Assembly: GCA_000934665.2 (NCBI GenBank) | Contig: JYFJ02004158.1 | Coordinates: 1-34,240, forward strand | Length of the DNA: 34,240 nucleotides | From: Catajapyx aquilonaris | Taxonomy: Eukaryota | Direction: 5' to 3' | Shown here: positions 12,001-23,279 of the stretch, one piece after another | How the letters are laid out: each line of letters opens with the position of its first letter | Numbering within the stretch: the first letter of the stretch is position 1 | Program-made: the position numbers and the translations under genes | The notes under the pieces: generated by a model | What the model was told of the DNA's origin: nothing | Database searches by the model: none | The model's input: only the letters and a program-made list of their open reading frames with translations

Positions 12001-12157
12001 GGTGGATGGAAGAGCCTTCTTACTGCTCAACCTTCCGACCCTGCAGGAACACCTAGGGATGAGGCTGGGCCCAGCCGTAAAGCTGTGTCGTCATGTAGAG
12101 AAGGTTAAGCTAGCCTTCTTTACACAATATGCATTTTCAGGTCATAACCAGTTGTAA
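9012..12157 (+). CDS. SFMBT1: Scm-like with four MBT domains protein, SFMBT1/2 type, 956 aa: join(9012..9213,9271..11232,11311..11623,11764..12157)
   Basis: MBT repeats (FVWEDYL..., GMRVEVA..YWVATVVMSCGPLLRLR, GMKVEVED..LWVGTIVENVGGRLLIRY, NMRLEAADP..MFPAGWCETNG), SLED domain (WCPKIYFNPQCYSGPFLSKGKLTQLPKSVGPG) and C-terminal SAM (NPLTWSAEDV..EEEVDGRAFLLLNL..LGPAVKLC). All three introns are GT-AG with consistent phases (1,1,2). Confidence 0.92.
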
Positions 12158-13240
12158 TCAGAATTATCATTGTTCTCTGCATTTCGATTAATTTACATGG
12201 AAATTGGTACCTGCAGATATTTGGTGGAATTTTACATTTGTTATCAGTCATTTCTTCTATTGTTATCGGAAAAGCTCAACAGGATGGGATTTTTCTGCTG
12301 TTGGAAGTAGTATTTCGTGCATTTTTCTCGCCTTGTATTTTTAGTAGTTATTGATTTGGTTTTTTGTCTAACAGCATTACGTCATGTATGAACAGTACAT
12401 TTTGGGTTTGTTTTTTATTGCTATTGTTGCATGTGTATGGTTTTGCATAGTGCTTACTCTTTTATTGTACTAGCACTATCTGAGCACGTTTAAGACCAAT
12501 GTATCTTGGCACTGTACGACCTTCAGCACTTGAGCAATTGATGAAAGTTAGAAGCACTGTCACCTTGCAAAAGTGCTAGTGTTGTGCTCAACTTCACGGA
12601 TACATTTGGCTAACAATTTGTTTTACTTATATTACGTTAACGAGACCAAATGGAGTTTTGGCTGTAATTGAAAGCATCCATTACAAGAAGATAGTATGGC
12701 TGCTGGACATTTTGTGGGTAGTTATTATTTTCATAAATTATTAGAATATGATCTGTTCGTTTTTTTGGACAATGATAAGTTCTGTGGGCTGTCAACTCTG
12801 GGAATACAGAGGTTTGAGTTTTGTACTGTTGGTCCATAACATTAATTACGTTTACCTGGTGTACAATGTAATGATTTTTGGTATAATTTTCTGCTAGTCA
12901 TGTTGAAGCTGTTTTGTTGGTAGGCTACCATACTAAAAAAATTTTTTGTATCGATTGATTGTTTATCAGCAGCCACAAAAGTGCAGATGGTTTATTTAGT
13001 GAATCGCGAAAGATTTGATTTAATTTGTTATAACAATGCCTTCCCGTTTTTGTGACATAATCGTGATGTGAAGTCTGCAGTTTTTTTTTTGCTCATGCTG
13101 TAGACTTGGACTGATTAATGTGCGTATATAAATTTTACGTTAGCAATAATTTATATTCCTGGTGCTCCGTTCTTCACTATGGCAAGTTCAAACCTGCCGC
13201 CCAAAGAGCTGCCGCCATTCCCCTGTGTGCTCAATATACA

Positions 13241-13254
13241 GTTGCCACAGCAAC
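13241..13254. promoter_or_regulatory. RFX-binding X-box
   Basis: GTTGCC-AC-AGCAAC fits the consensus GTNRCC(N0-3)RGYAAC and ends 37 nt before the ATG of a ciliary-type gene. Confidence 0.7.
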
Positions 13255-13291
13255 CACTGTATGTGTGTTCAATATTTTTTGGGAAGGAAAC

Positions 13292-13935
13292 ATGTCCGAT
13301 CAAGAAGCCAAAGTTGAAGCTGTGCCCAGCAAGGTCGAAGGTCAGCAGCTGAACCCAAATGAAGAGGACAGCCTTCAAAGGGAGCGGAATTGTCGAGAGT
13401 GGAAGTTAGAGTGGCCTGTATTCACACGTTTCCATGTCAACCCCTTCAGGCCACATGATTCATGTACGTGGTGTAATAAGTGTAGGCCTGCCACGGCATA
13501 GGTGTAGATGGCTCCTAATAAAAATTGCTCCTCTACATATAATGTTCTCATTTATTTTGGCCACAGTGAGGCCCATTGCAAGGAAGCCAACTGAGCCCGC
13601 TGAGCTCCCTAGTGAAGTGAAGGGTGGCCGTAAAGTCAGTTGGCAGCTGCCAGAGAGATCACATAAAACATGTGTAAGTATCGCAGGGTAAGTCACTTGT
13701 ACAAGCCACCAAAGACAATATTAAAGTACAATGAACTTTGAGAAAGATAATTGTGCGAATTGTTGTCAGTGCTTGAGGCTTCGCTAGACTGCACCTTTTG
13801 TCACATGTTTCTATATCACAGGTGACAACAGCTCAGGAGATAGGTCGTTGTGCTAACATCCACCTAAGCGACCGGCACTATCTCACCAGGCTGGATTTCC
13901 GTATCAAGAAGAGCCAGTTTCCCATTGGGAGTTGA
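13292..13935 (+). CDS. FAM183A: FAM183A/CFAP144-like cilia/flagella protein, 130 aa: join(13292..13463,13567..13673,13822..13935)
   Basis: Spliced product MSDQEAK...RERNCREWKLEWPVFTRFHVNPFRPHDSLRPIARKP...LPERSHKTCVTTAQEIGRCAN...TRLDFRIKKS. The order FHVNP, RKP, P..., T.QEIG, R..F matches FAM183 as I recall it. Donors T|GTACGT and TGT|GTAAGT, acceptors CACAG| twice, phases 1 and 0. Confidence 0.72.
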
Positions 13936-15002
13936 TAACCCTGAACAGAACGGCTGTTATTTGCTCCCAAGTTGCAGCATAATTCTATAGTTTCATTGAA
14001 AATAATATAGTTGTTACAGAAATAGTCTATGTACCATTATTAAGAGTCAATATAGTTTATTGTGCAGACAGTTTGTGACACCTCCATAATTGTTCTGATG
14101 CAAATAATTGGATGGATATCATGGATAGTAATAATTGCTTTGGTGTAAAGATGTATTTAAATAATTTAAAATGCAATTCATCTTTACACTAAAGTTAATT
14201 CAAATTAAAAATCAAGTGAGCATAGAGGGATGCATATATGCCAGAATATATTATATTTGCGTCTAATTTTCTTTGTAATGAGGCTATGTACACCAATATA
14301 ATGACATCTCTACGTCTGGCCAAGTTCACCCCAGACGTTTGTCACAATAATAATTACGAAACATCCTGTATGATGAACGTATGTGCAATATATTGTCGCA
14401 TAGGCGTCATGTGTTGCAGTCCTTTTATTTTGTCTTATCCCCATATTTCAAGACCACATTTTTACAGTCCCTAGATGTTCGTGATATACCGCAGCATTCT
14501 CTAAAAAAGATCATAGATCGCCCTATGACGTGGAAGTTTCCGAGACCCCTATCATTACCCGCCTGCACGTGCTCCAAACCTAACACGCATTTTGATAATG
14601 GCCTTGCAATGTGTCCGATCCTTGAAAACAATTTTCGCGGAAAAAAATAATAATCCCAAATTCGAGCAATCTGGCATCACCGTAATTAATCGTCACTTGC
14701 TCATTATGTACATGGACAGGAATAACGTACGTTTGCTCCAACCATGTGTTATCTCTGAACTGAACTTGCGTGAACCGCGTCATTATTATAATATTAGGCC
14801 TATATTATTAAAACAGGAAGTTATGCTGATGTGCATCATCGAAGCGTCGATTACGTCACAACTAATTAAAAATTTAATAAAGAGGGTAATACCACTGGTA
14901 GTTATTTACTGCTAACTTATTAGCAGTACCATTGCCATCAATAACACCGGTACTGTTTAGCACTTAGCAAATTCACTGTAGCTGTGGGTCGCGTAGGTTT
15001 TG

Positions 15003-15574
15003 AATTTTCGTCTCCACCGCAAGTCTCAGGCCAAGATAACGCGGCCGCAGACCAAGAAAAACACGAGCGAATCGAGTAAATTTCTAGACCTGAGTCGTAC
15101 GGTGGATACAAAATTTCCAACCCGCCCGCGGGTGGAGTTTTCATCTCCACCGCAGGCCGCAGACCAAGAAAAAACACGAGCGAATCGAGTAGATTTCTAG
15201 ACCTGAGTCGTACGGTGGATACGACGAAATTTCCAACCCGCCCGCGGGTGGAGTTTTTATCTCCGCCGCAGGCCGCAGACCAAGAAAAAACACGAGCGAA
15301 TCGAGTAGATTTCTAGACCTGAGTCGTACGGTGGATACGACGAAATTTCCAACCCGCCCGCGGGTGGAGTTTTCATCTCCACCGCAGGCCGCAGACCAAG
15401 AAAAAACACGAGCGAATCGAGTAGATTTCTAGACCTGAGTCGTACGGTGGATACGAAATGTCCAATTTTTCCACCCAAAGCGATATAGATAGTGGAATAA
15501 TTTTCGTCTCCACCGCAGGACTCAGGCCAAGAAAACGCGGCCGCAGACCAAGATAAACACGAGCGAATCGAGTA
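15003..15574. repeat. Tandem array of ~116-bp GC-rich units (four units plus a terminal partial copy)
   Basis: Anchor cacgagcgaatcgagta occurs at 15062, 15175, 15291, 15407 and 15558 (periods 113, 116, 116, 151). First and last segments share a longer ~75-bp variant. Confidence 0.95.
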
Positions 15575-15604
15575 GGCCTGCGCCCCTAGTATGCGAGCGA
15601 AGCT

Positions 15605-15610
15605 ATTATT

Positions 15611-15673
<63 letters not shown>

Positions 15674-15685
15674 ATTATTATTATT
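15605..15685. repeat. Compound microsatellite (ATT)2(ATG)20(ATT)5
   Basis: Read directly from the sequence. Confidence 0.98.
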
Positions 15686-16327
15686 ATGGAGTTGCGCACT
15701 TGGGTGTTTGACCTCTTTGACCGCTGCCTCCTTGTCGAACTACCCCGCAATCCCGTCCGATTGGCAGATGCGATGCCACGCCCCCGCTTCTGGACAGGGA
15801 GACAGTGACCGATTGCACGCGATCGGGACGCGACTCGACCCCGCCTCAACCCCCTCTGGCATTAAAAAAAAAAAGTACCGTATTGCGCCTCCAAAACAAA
15901 ACCGTACCGTACTGCTGTTGTCACCTGCGCGCGCACATCTCCGCACTCCTGCCCGCACTAAAACCCGGGTGGATGAGGGTCCGCGTCTGAGGCGCAATTG
16001 GCCTCCAGGTTTTAGTGCTTGGTGGGCGTGGCTTGTGTGTGGGGCGGATCCGGATCGATCTGCTCTGGAGGGGGGGGTCAGTTGCAACCGGATCGTTGGC
16101 GGGGTGTGACCCTCCCTCTGTTTGTGGTAGTCGCTCTCTCCCGTTCGGGCCGCTCACTCCTTTCCCTTCTCCCGGTGGAGCCACACCCCAAGTCAGTGTC
16201 CGTGGAAGACCCGGCTTTTTAGTTAGGAGGTGGATCGTGTGCTGGAATCGGTCAACAAAAAGGGCCTCCCGCCCCACGGTGTGGTGGTTCTGATGGACGA
16301 GGTGTTGGCCCCGGGGCGAGCCAGGGG

Positions 16328-19300
16328 ATGTCCGCGCCGAACAGTGGCAGTGGGGGCAGCCCCGCCTCGGAGACTCCTATTCTCAGGCTGGCCAGACACT
16401 TCGACTGCTTCTACCTCAATGGTAATGTTGTCAACACTATACTTGACATATCTGTAGCAATGTGACATGATTTTGGAGACACAATCTGGTCAATTCTAGT
16501 ATTTCTATCTGGCAGATGACTCAACCTAACAAGTGCAAGCCACGTCAGCCTGTACATGCCATTTGCAGGATAACACGTCTAATGACAAACCAAGGCTGCG
16601 CAGTTGAGCGTACAACAGACTTGAGCGATTTGCCCCTTTGTGAAAGCCAACAATCACATAGTATTTGTCACACACCTTACTTGTAATATGTAAGTGGAGG
16701 CCCACACGATAGGGGCTCACACATTATTGATTACGAATACAACATTAAAGTTTTAGTCAGTCATTACAGGGAGTGTGGGCTAGGTGTTTGTATTGAACAC
16801 CTTGTAGTTACATAACAGCTCAACGCTGGTTGTACTCACACTTGGCAGACAAAGGGAAATGGGTGTTCGTCGTCTTAATCAACCGAAAGGGAAAAGATTC
16901 GGTCATATTTTTGAGATGGTCAGTTTATTCCGATGCTGATGCAAATAGTTGCATCAGCCGAAAGTGATTCATACCCCAAGCTAGTTATGCTTTAATTGCC
17001 CCCTTTTTTATGTTGAGTGGTACTTTGCAGCGAGTTAGGTGAATCTGGCACAGGATTACATTTCCGCTGCTGACATAATCTAAATATAACTGACCCAGAA
17101 ACAAAGTCTCATCACATGTAGAGCTTAGCAGGTCGTTATTCATGTGTTTAAACACAGGTTAGTGGTCCGCTGCAGGTTGCTTGTAATTTTTATGAGCGCC
17201 CCGCTTGGCCAGAGCAGCATATGGTGCCAGACTTTTGAACTCCAGACTTGAACCCCCCGCAAGCAGAATCTTCAACTAAGAAAATTGGGGCCAATAAATT
17301 AATCATGGGGCGGTTATCACTCCAACTTTAGCAGTCCTTGACTTAAAGAAAAACTTGTTGAAGACGTAAACAAAATAAAGGACGTTCATGAAAGATAGTC
17401 ATAAATTGAGTTTTTGTAATATTTTTTTTACATTTTCAAATTGTTAATTTCCTCTGCCGCAAAGAAGTTATCCAAGGTTACATGTGCTGAAATTTTGGCA
17501 CCATCTGTGCTTAATTATTAGATAACAATCCTTTCGTGTTTGAATCACTTAAGCTACATTAAATATCTTGATTTAACAGCATGGTGTGTTTCAGTGGAAT
17601 ATTTAAGGTTGACAGGAAAAGTGACTGTTATGACATGCTGTGAACGTGGATAAATCAATTCCACATGTCATGTTGCATTCATGCAGTATTGATTGATGGC
17701 AGACGTTTAGCAATGCGGAAGGAAATGTACAAGGAGGTTTTTTGGGAGGCGAGACTGAGAAACATAAAGCTGGATGTTATTCTGGCTTGATTCCAACCCC
17801 CTTTGGTGTCTTCGGTTTCGTACTGTGATTCGCACGTGACGTCCTCTAAATATGTGCAGGCTAATTAGCCACAGTTTTGCATGGCCTGCACTCTGGCAAG
17901 GTGACCAGCTATAAAAATTGGCAGCTAACCCCTCTTGTGTAACAGTCTGGTTTTGCGACTCCAGCAAGTCTGTGATATAATGGCCTGTTTATGTTGTGTA
18001 TTTGTAGTCAAACATGCGTAACTCAAAGTTGCATCGACTAGGGTATGTAAAGATTGTAATGAACAGGAGCACAACAATAATACAGATGTATGGTGCACTG
18101 CAATAATTAGTTATTTAACCACCACAGGATTCCAGTCTGGTCACTGCCGCCCGTTCATAATCGAGGGTCACCAGGTGGGACTCGTCCGTCCGGATGTGTT
18201 CCGTGAGCTGCAACGATACTCGGACGTGTTCCGGGTCTATCCTGATGCTGTGGAGCTGAACCCTTCTTTTGCCACCTATGAGGAGAGGAGCCGCAGAGTA
18301 GATGAAGTCCTGAGGGACTTCAGAAAGAATGACACCTTTGTCACGCTCAAGGGATGGAGGGAGGAATGCTACGAGGTTAAGGCGGGATTTGATGATCCTC
18401 CGCTCATGAAGATGGAAAGATCAGCCACTTGTAAGTTACTTGTGGAATTATGTGGCATGCATAATTATGAAATGTGGAAGTTCTACTTCTGTTGTAACAT
18501 GCAATACGAGGGAAATGCTTATTGACTGTATTTCTAGGTTTGTTTGGGATTCGTCAGTATGGAGTGGACATTAACGGGTATGTGCGTGATCCTGAGCGGG
18601 GCCTGTGCGTGTGGATGCAGCGCAGGGCATCCACCAAGCAGACCTGGCCTGGCAAGCTGGACAATATGGTCGCAGGAGGACTGTCAGTTGGGTTCAGCGT
18701 GTTGGAGACTGCTTTGAAGGAGGCTGAGGAGGAGGCTGCCATTCCTGCTGACATACTAAGAGGGCTGAAACCATCGGGATCAGTCTCCATCTTCTTTGAG
18801 AGCGAGCGCGGACTCTTTCCGAACACGCAGTTTGTCTTTGACCTAGAGCTGCCAGCTGACTTTGTGCCCACCAATATGGACGGAGAAGTAGAGTGCTTTT
18901 ATCTCCTGGAGGCACAAGTAAGCGTTCTTGTCTAATTCCACTCTCTTACTTCCACAGAGGCCAAATCCAACAAGATATTTATCTTGTCTGTTTTGTTCCT
19001 TAGGAGGCGCTGCAGAAAGTCCTTTCGCCGGAGTTCAAGACCACTAGCTGCCCAGTGGCCCTTGACTTCTTCATCAGGCATGGGGTCATCACTCCGCAGA
19101 ATGGTACCCTACTCAGTTTATTGTTGCCTGCTTGTTTTCGTGCTTGTTTCGTAGCCGGCTAGATTAGTAGCAAGCCCTGCAATCTTTGGTGTAATCCGGT
19201 TGAAACAGGACAATGAAATGATAAGTGTGGCTCTCACCTAAATAGCCGCTTTTAAAGCTGGAACAATTGAAAGGCCAGCAAAGTGTAACGATGGCAAGGA

Positions 19301-20623
19301 ATGCTAAAGGTTAATAGAAACTTGCGGATTAAATCCATTGGAACTGCAAATGCCCATTCAAAATTATGAGGACCATTTACATTCAATATTTCGAATTATA
19401 TGGATCTTGATTTTTTTGGGTGTACATTTGATCACATCTACAACAGAAATACAGATGTTGATTCATAGTGTGCGTGAATGAGAAAAAAAAATGTGCAGAG
19501 TACAGAGTTGTATGATCATACCCTTCTTGAAATGAGACATTGATGTAAACCAAATGGTTAGAAGGCACTGCCTGTTGCTGTTGTCTAGTGAAAGAAAGCA
19601 TTCATGCAGATCCAAGCCACATGTTGGTGGCTAGATTACAATATAAAATGAGCTTGAGCCATTTTAGGAAGCCTTATGCGCATTAATTTAAACTGGGGGG
19701 ATGGATCAGAGCACATTTGGAGTGAATGATAAACACTGTTACATTCTTTGGTTAGATCCGGAGTTTTTTTACTCTTTCATGCACCCTACAAAAGTGGCTC
19801 AATGAGACATTAGGTGATGACCAAGTGCAATTCCTTTGTTAGTCCTGACGTCTCCGGTGAGGTAGTTTAACGTCATTACTTCTCAAGGACAACTTCTTCT
19901 GAGGTGTAACACGCATGTCTGCTCCTTGATCTGCATTTTGCAGGAGGCATAAACTTTTCTTTGTTCCAAGCTGCAAAAATATAGTGCATTGAACTGGCTG
20001 CTTGAAGTTCAGTAATATCTGGGACACAATAAAAGTGTACCCCTTGCACTGCTAGTCAAGATATTGCTGCAGCAAAAAAACTGGATTATGTAATATACTG
20101 TTTTGATGAGTGGGAATTAGGGTTATCAGAACAGCTGATACCAGGAAAACATGGACATAAATATTAAGGCGATAACTCTTGCTGCCAACAGTTGACATGG
20201 CAAGAGGTGTGAGGTTACCAAAATAGTGCATGTCCACAGGGAAGTTTTCATGGCATCACGTCAAGTGACATCATGACTCTGGTAATAATTTAATGAGTCA
20301 CATCTGTGGAAGATGCAGGGCAAAGTGCAAATCGTGCTGGTTGGATGAAATTGATAAAACATTGCCAGTACTTGGCTTATATCACTGGGCCACACTGGCA
20401 AAGGCTTGATTTTTGGCTGTAGCTAATTAGCCTTTGATGCTTTGAAAATTGCTGAAGTGTTTGAATAGATGATGCATTACGAACCTATTTATGATGACAT
20501 CCTGTTTTTTCCCCCCCCCCAGAGCCGAACTTCCCGCAGCTGATGGAGCTGCTGCATGTCCCTCTGCAGACGCTCTACTCCGTCTCCCGTCACTCGTCGG
20601 CGCACAATGGAAACGGACTCTAG
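16328..20623 (+). CDS. Nudix hydrolase of the YJR142W / plant NUDT20 / Tnr3 N-terminal family (DUF4743 + Nudix), 325 aa: join(16328..16421,18128..18430,18538..18917,19004..19103,20523..20623)
   Basis: LRLARHFDCFYLNG|FQSGHCRPFIIEGHQVGLVRPD, LKGWREECYEV, MERSATCLFGIRQYGVDINGY, QRRASTKQTWPGKLDNMVAGG, Nudix box ..ETALKEAEEEAAI, FVFDLELPADFVPTNMDGEVE, FKTTSCPVALDFFIRHG. All four introns GT-AG with consistent phases (1,1,0,1). Confidence 0.92.
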
Positions 20624-23279
20624 GATAGTTCATAGGTCTCAAAGCAGCCCCTCAAAACACACGACTTGTAAAATGTACTTAGTAATGTGTGATTCCCCCT
20701 TCCTTTCCATCCCTCCCCCCCCTTCCCTTCCTTCACCCCTCCCTTAAAAATTGTCCTCTGTAAATAATAGGTGCCTTTGAAGAACCTAGGTGAAAGATAT
20801 TTCAGCGTATTTCCTTTCCCATCCCTCCCTGAGAGGCACATTAAATTTAATGGCATTGCGATTGAATGTTCAAAGGGGATTGGGGGTAGTTGGCTCATAA
20901 AATTCCATTGCGGAGGGGAGTTGAATTTTTTGTACAGACCACAATTGACACAATTGTAATTTTTTAAAGAAAACACTCAACCTTTGTATGATCTCAAAGG
21001 TTGGGTGTTTTTTGTGTACATTTTGTGTATATTTAAATGATGTGATTTTTAATTAGGCGTGGTGTACTCAGCAAAGTACTAGGCGGGTAGCATTTCCACT
21101 CTGGGGATGGATTTACGTACTTGGAGGTGGTAACACTACCTGCCTGATAAATTGGTTGAATGTGCCCGGGGTTAGCTTCCTCCTCCCCTCCTTACCTCCC
21201 TCTCCCAACCCCTGTAATGTGTCTCAGCATTTTATTTCGTACCTGTACATAATTATTATAGGCTTTGTTATGAATAGTAGTGGAGTTTAGATTTTTTTAA
21301 TACGGAGAAAACCCGCAGATGTGATGTGAGAATTGTTCTTTATTTTAGTTGTTGTAAATTTACCATGTCAGCCACATGTCATTGTTGTAATTTTTATTAT
21401 TTCAAGGGTGGGGTGTGGGGAAAGGGGGGGGAAGGTTTTTATGGGGGAGGGTTTAGGTGGGATTTAAAAAAGGCAGGGTTTACGCTGAGCAATCTAGTTT
21501 TAGGGGAGTTGACGTGACAAGTTGTCGTTATGAAAAGTTCGAGTGAGCTGTAGCAGCGACAAGTCGTAGGTTGTACGACTTGCGCTGCTACTGCATGTAC
21601 CACCTGTGCTATTATCTGGACTCGTTGTTGCGTCTTGTTGTCCTACTAGTCACTCCGTGCGAACTCTGCCTCTAGCGGGAGGGCCCAAGGTTCGCCAATT
21701 AAGTAATTAACAACGTAAAGCTAGTCATAGAGAAAGTTCCTTTTAATTTTTTGTTAATAATTAAAAAAGAAAGGTATGCCAGTATTGCTTGCTCACAATA
21801 TTGAACTTCGGGCCTGGGAAAGTATTGTTACAAACCCCCCTCACCCCCAGCATTACTGCCAAAGTACATTCCAGTAGCATCATTTTCATAGATCTGCCCT
21901 TTTTGAACAGACCCACCACAATCTGTAATATTGAATATTGTAAATACAGAACTTGTCATGTAAATTTTCAAAGGGCCACTGCGGAAATAATTCGAAGGCG
22001 ATGCAATGCAGTTGGAGGTCAGACAAAAAGGGCAAGCAATTTTTTGTTGGTAATGCAGCCGCAGCTTCACCTGCCACCAGCTTTTTGACACTTAATTTTG
22101 GCCTGCTTTAATATCAGGGCAGCGAATAATTAGCAGCTGACTTAGGATTGCCTGTTGGGCAACGAGGGTGTTCCTGGCAGCAAGAGAGTCGCAGGTGGGA
22201 GTCAATTGTCGGGCGTAACGTGGCTAAGGCGGCCTGTAAATAAGGTGCAATGGAAACTCGTCACTGTGTTTCTCCAATAAAAGGTGGTATTCCATCAGGC
22301 AACTTGTCGTGTTTCATTTTTTATCACACGTGCTCTTGCGTCTGAGGAGGAGTGTCACTTCACAACTGCCGTCGACTTAGTAAGGAAAAACAAAAATAAC
22401 TTCTCAAAATCCAAAGGAAAATGTTTATTATCACACACAGATTTTCAGACTGTAAAACTACCCTTTTTGATACTTAGCACCAATGTTGTTGAGAATCAGC
22501 AATTGTCTTCATTCCTTCTATAATAGGACACTTTTCGTCCTCTGTTCAGGTACTGTGCGAATCGATTCGCAAACAATGTACTTAAAAAAAAGCACAAGTC
22601 GAGATCAATTAGATGTAGATAAGCCAATGACTACTGCTTCTCAACAAACTTTTAACCCTGCTTATTGACAATACATTTTATCACATCGTTTTTGTTACTT
22701 CGTCAGATACAACAACTATTTAGCTGGAAAGAAATTTCCCATTTTTGCCATTCCCAATGGTAGCTGATAATCAAGTAGGAATTTTTCCAGGTGGCCAATG
22801 AACGTACTCTGCAGTATAAAATCACCCTGATGCAGAGACTACAAGCAGCAGAATTACACACTCGAGGTAACACCAACAGTTACGATATGTCCGAGATTCA
22901 TTTACTAAAATATCAAGATACAACGAGCAAAATCCTACTTCTCCAACATGTACCCAAAAAATTAATTTATCGCCCCATTTTTAGATTCACAATCAGAAAT
23001 TTATGATGTTACACTATTACAGTGTATTGCAATGGGCGTGAATAATTAACATTATGTCGTACATTAACTTCGTTACCAGTAAGAAAATTTAGCAAGGCTC
23101 AAAAACTATCCCTCCATTAACAAGAATATGCACACACTATAATAAGAACCAATGGATGGCAATAAATAACTGCAAACAGAAATGCATATTAATATCAAAA
23201 TCCCCTTTGCCTCATTAAATGCATTCCTAGTGGCCATGTGTTGTGGTATATACCAAGTATGACCTGATTACGCTTGCCT

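Noticed and set aside
15003..15574. CRISPR-like array
   Set aside because: Whole ~116-bp units repeat with no unique spacers, there are no cas genes and the context is eukaryotic.
15586..15849. Poly-Met and poly-Ile ORFs
   Set aside because: They are translations of the (ATG)n/(ATT)n microsatellite.
15686..16300. Overlapping GC-rich ORFs as a viral or retroelement insert
   Set aside because: No recognisable domain; position and CpG content fit the promoter and 5' UTR of the Nudix gene.
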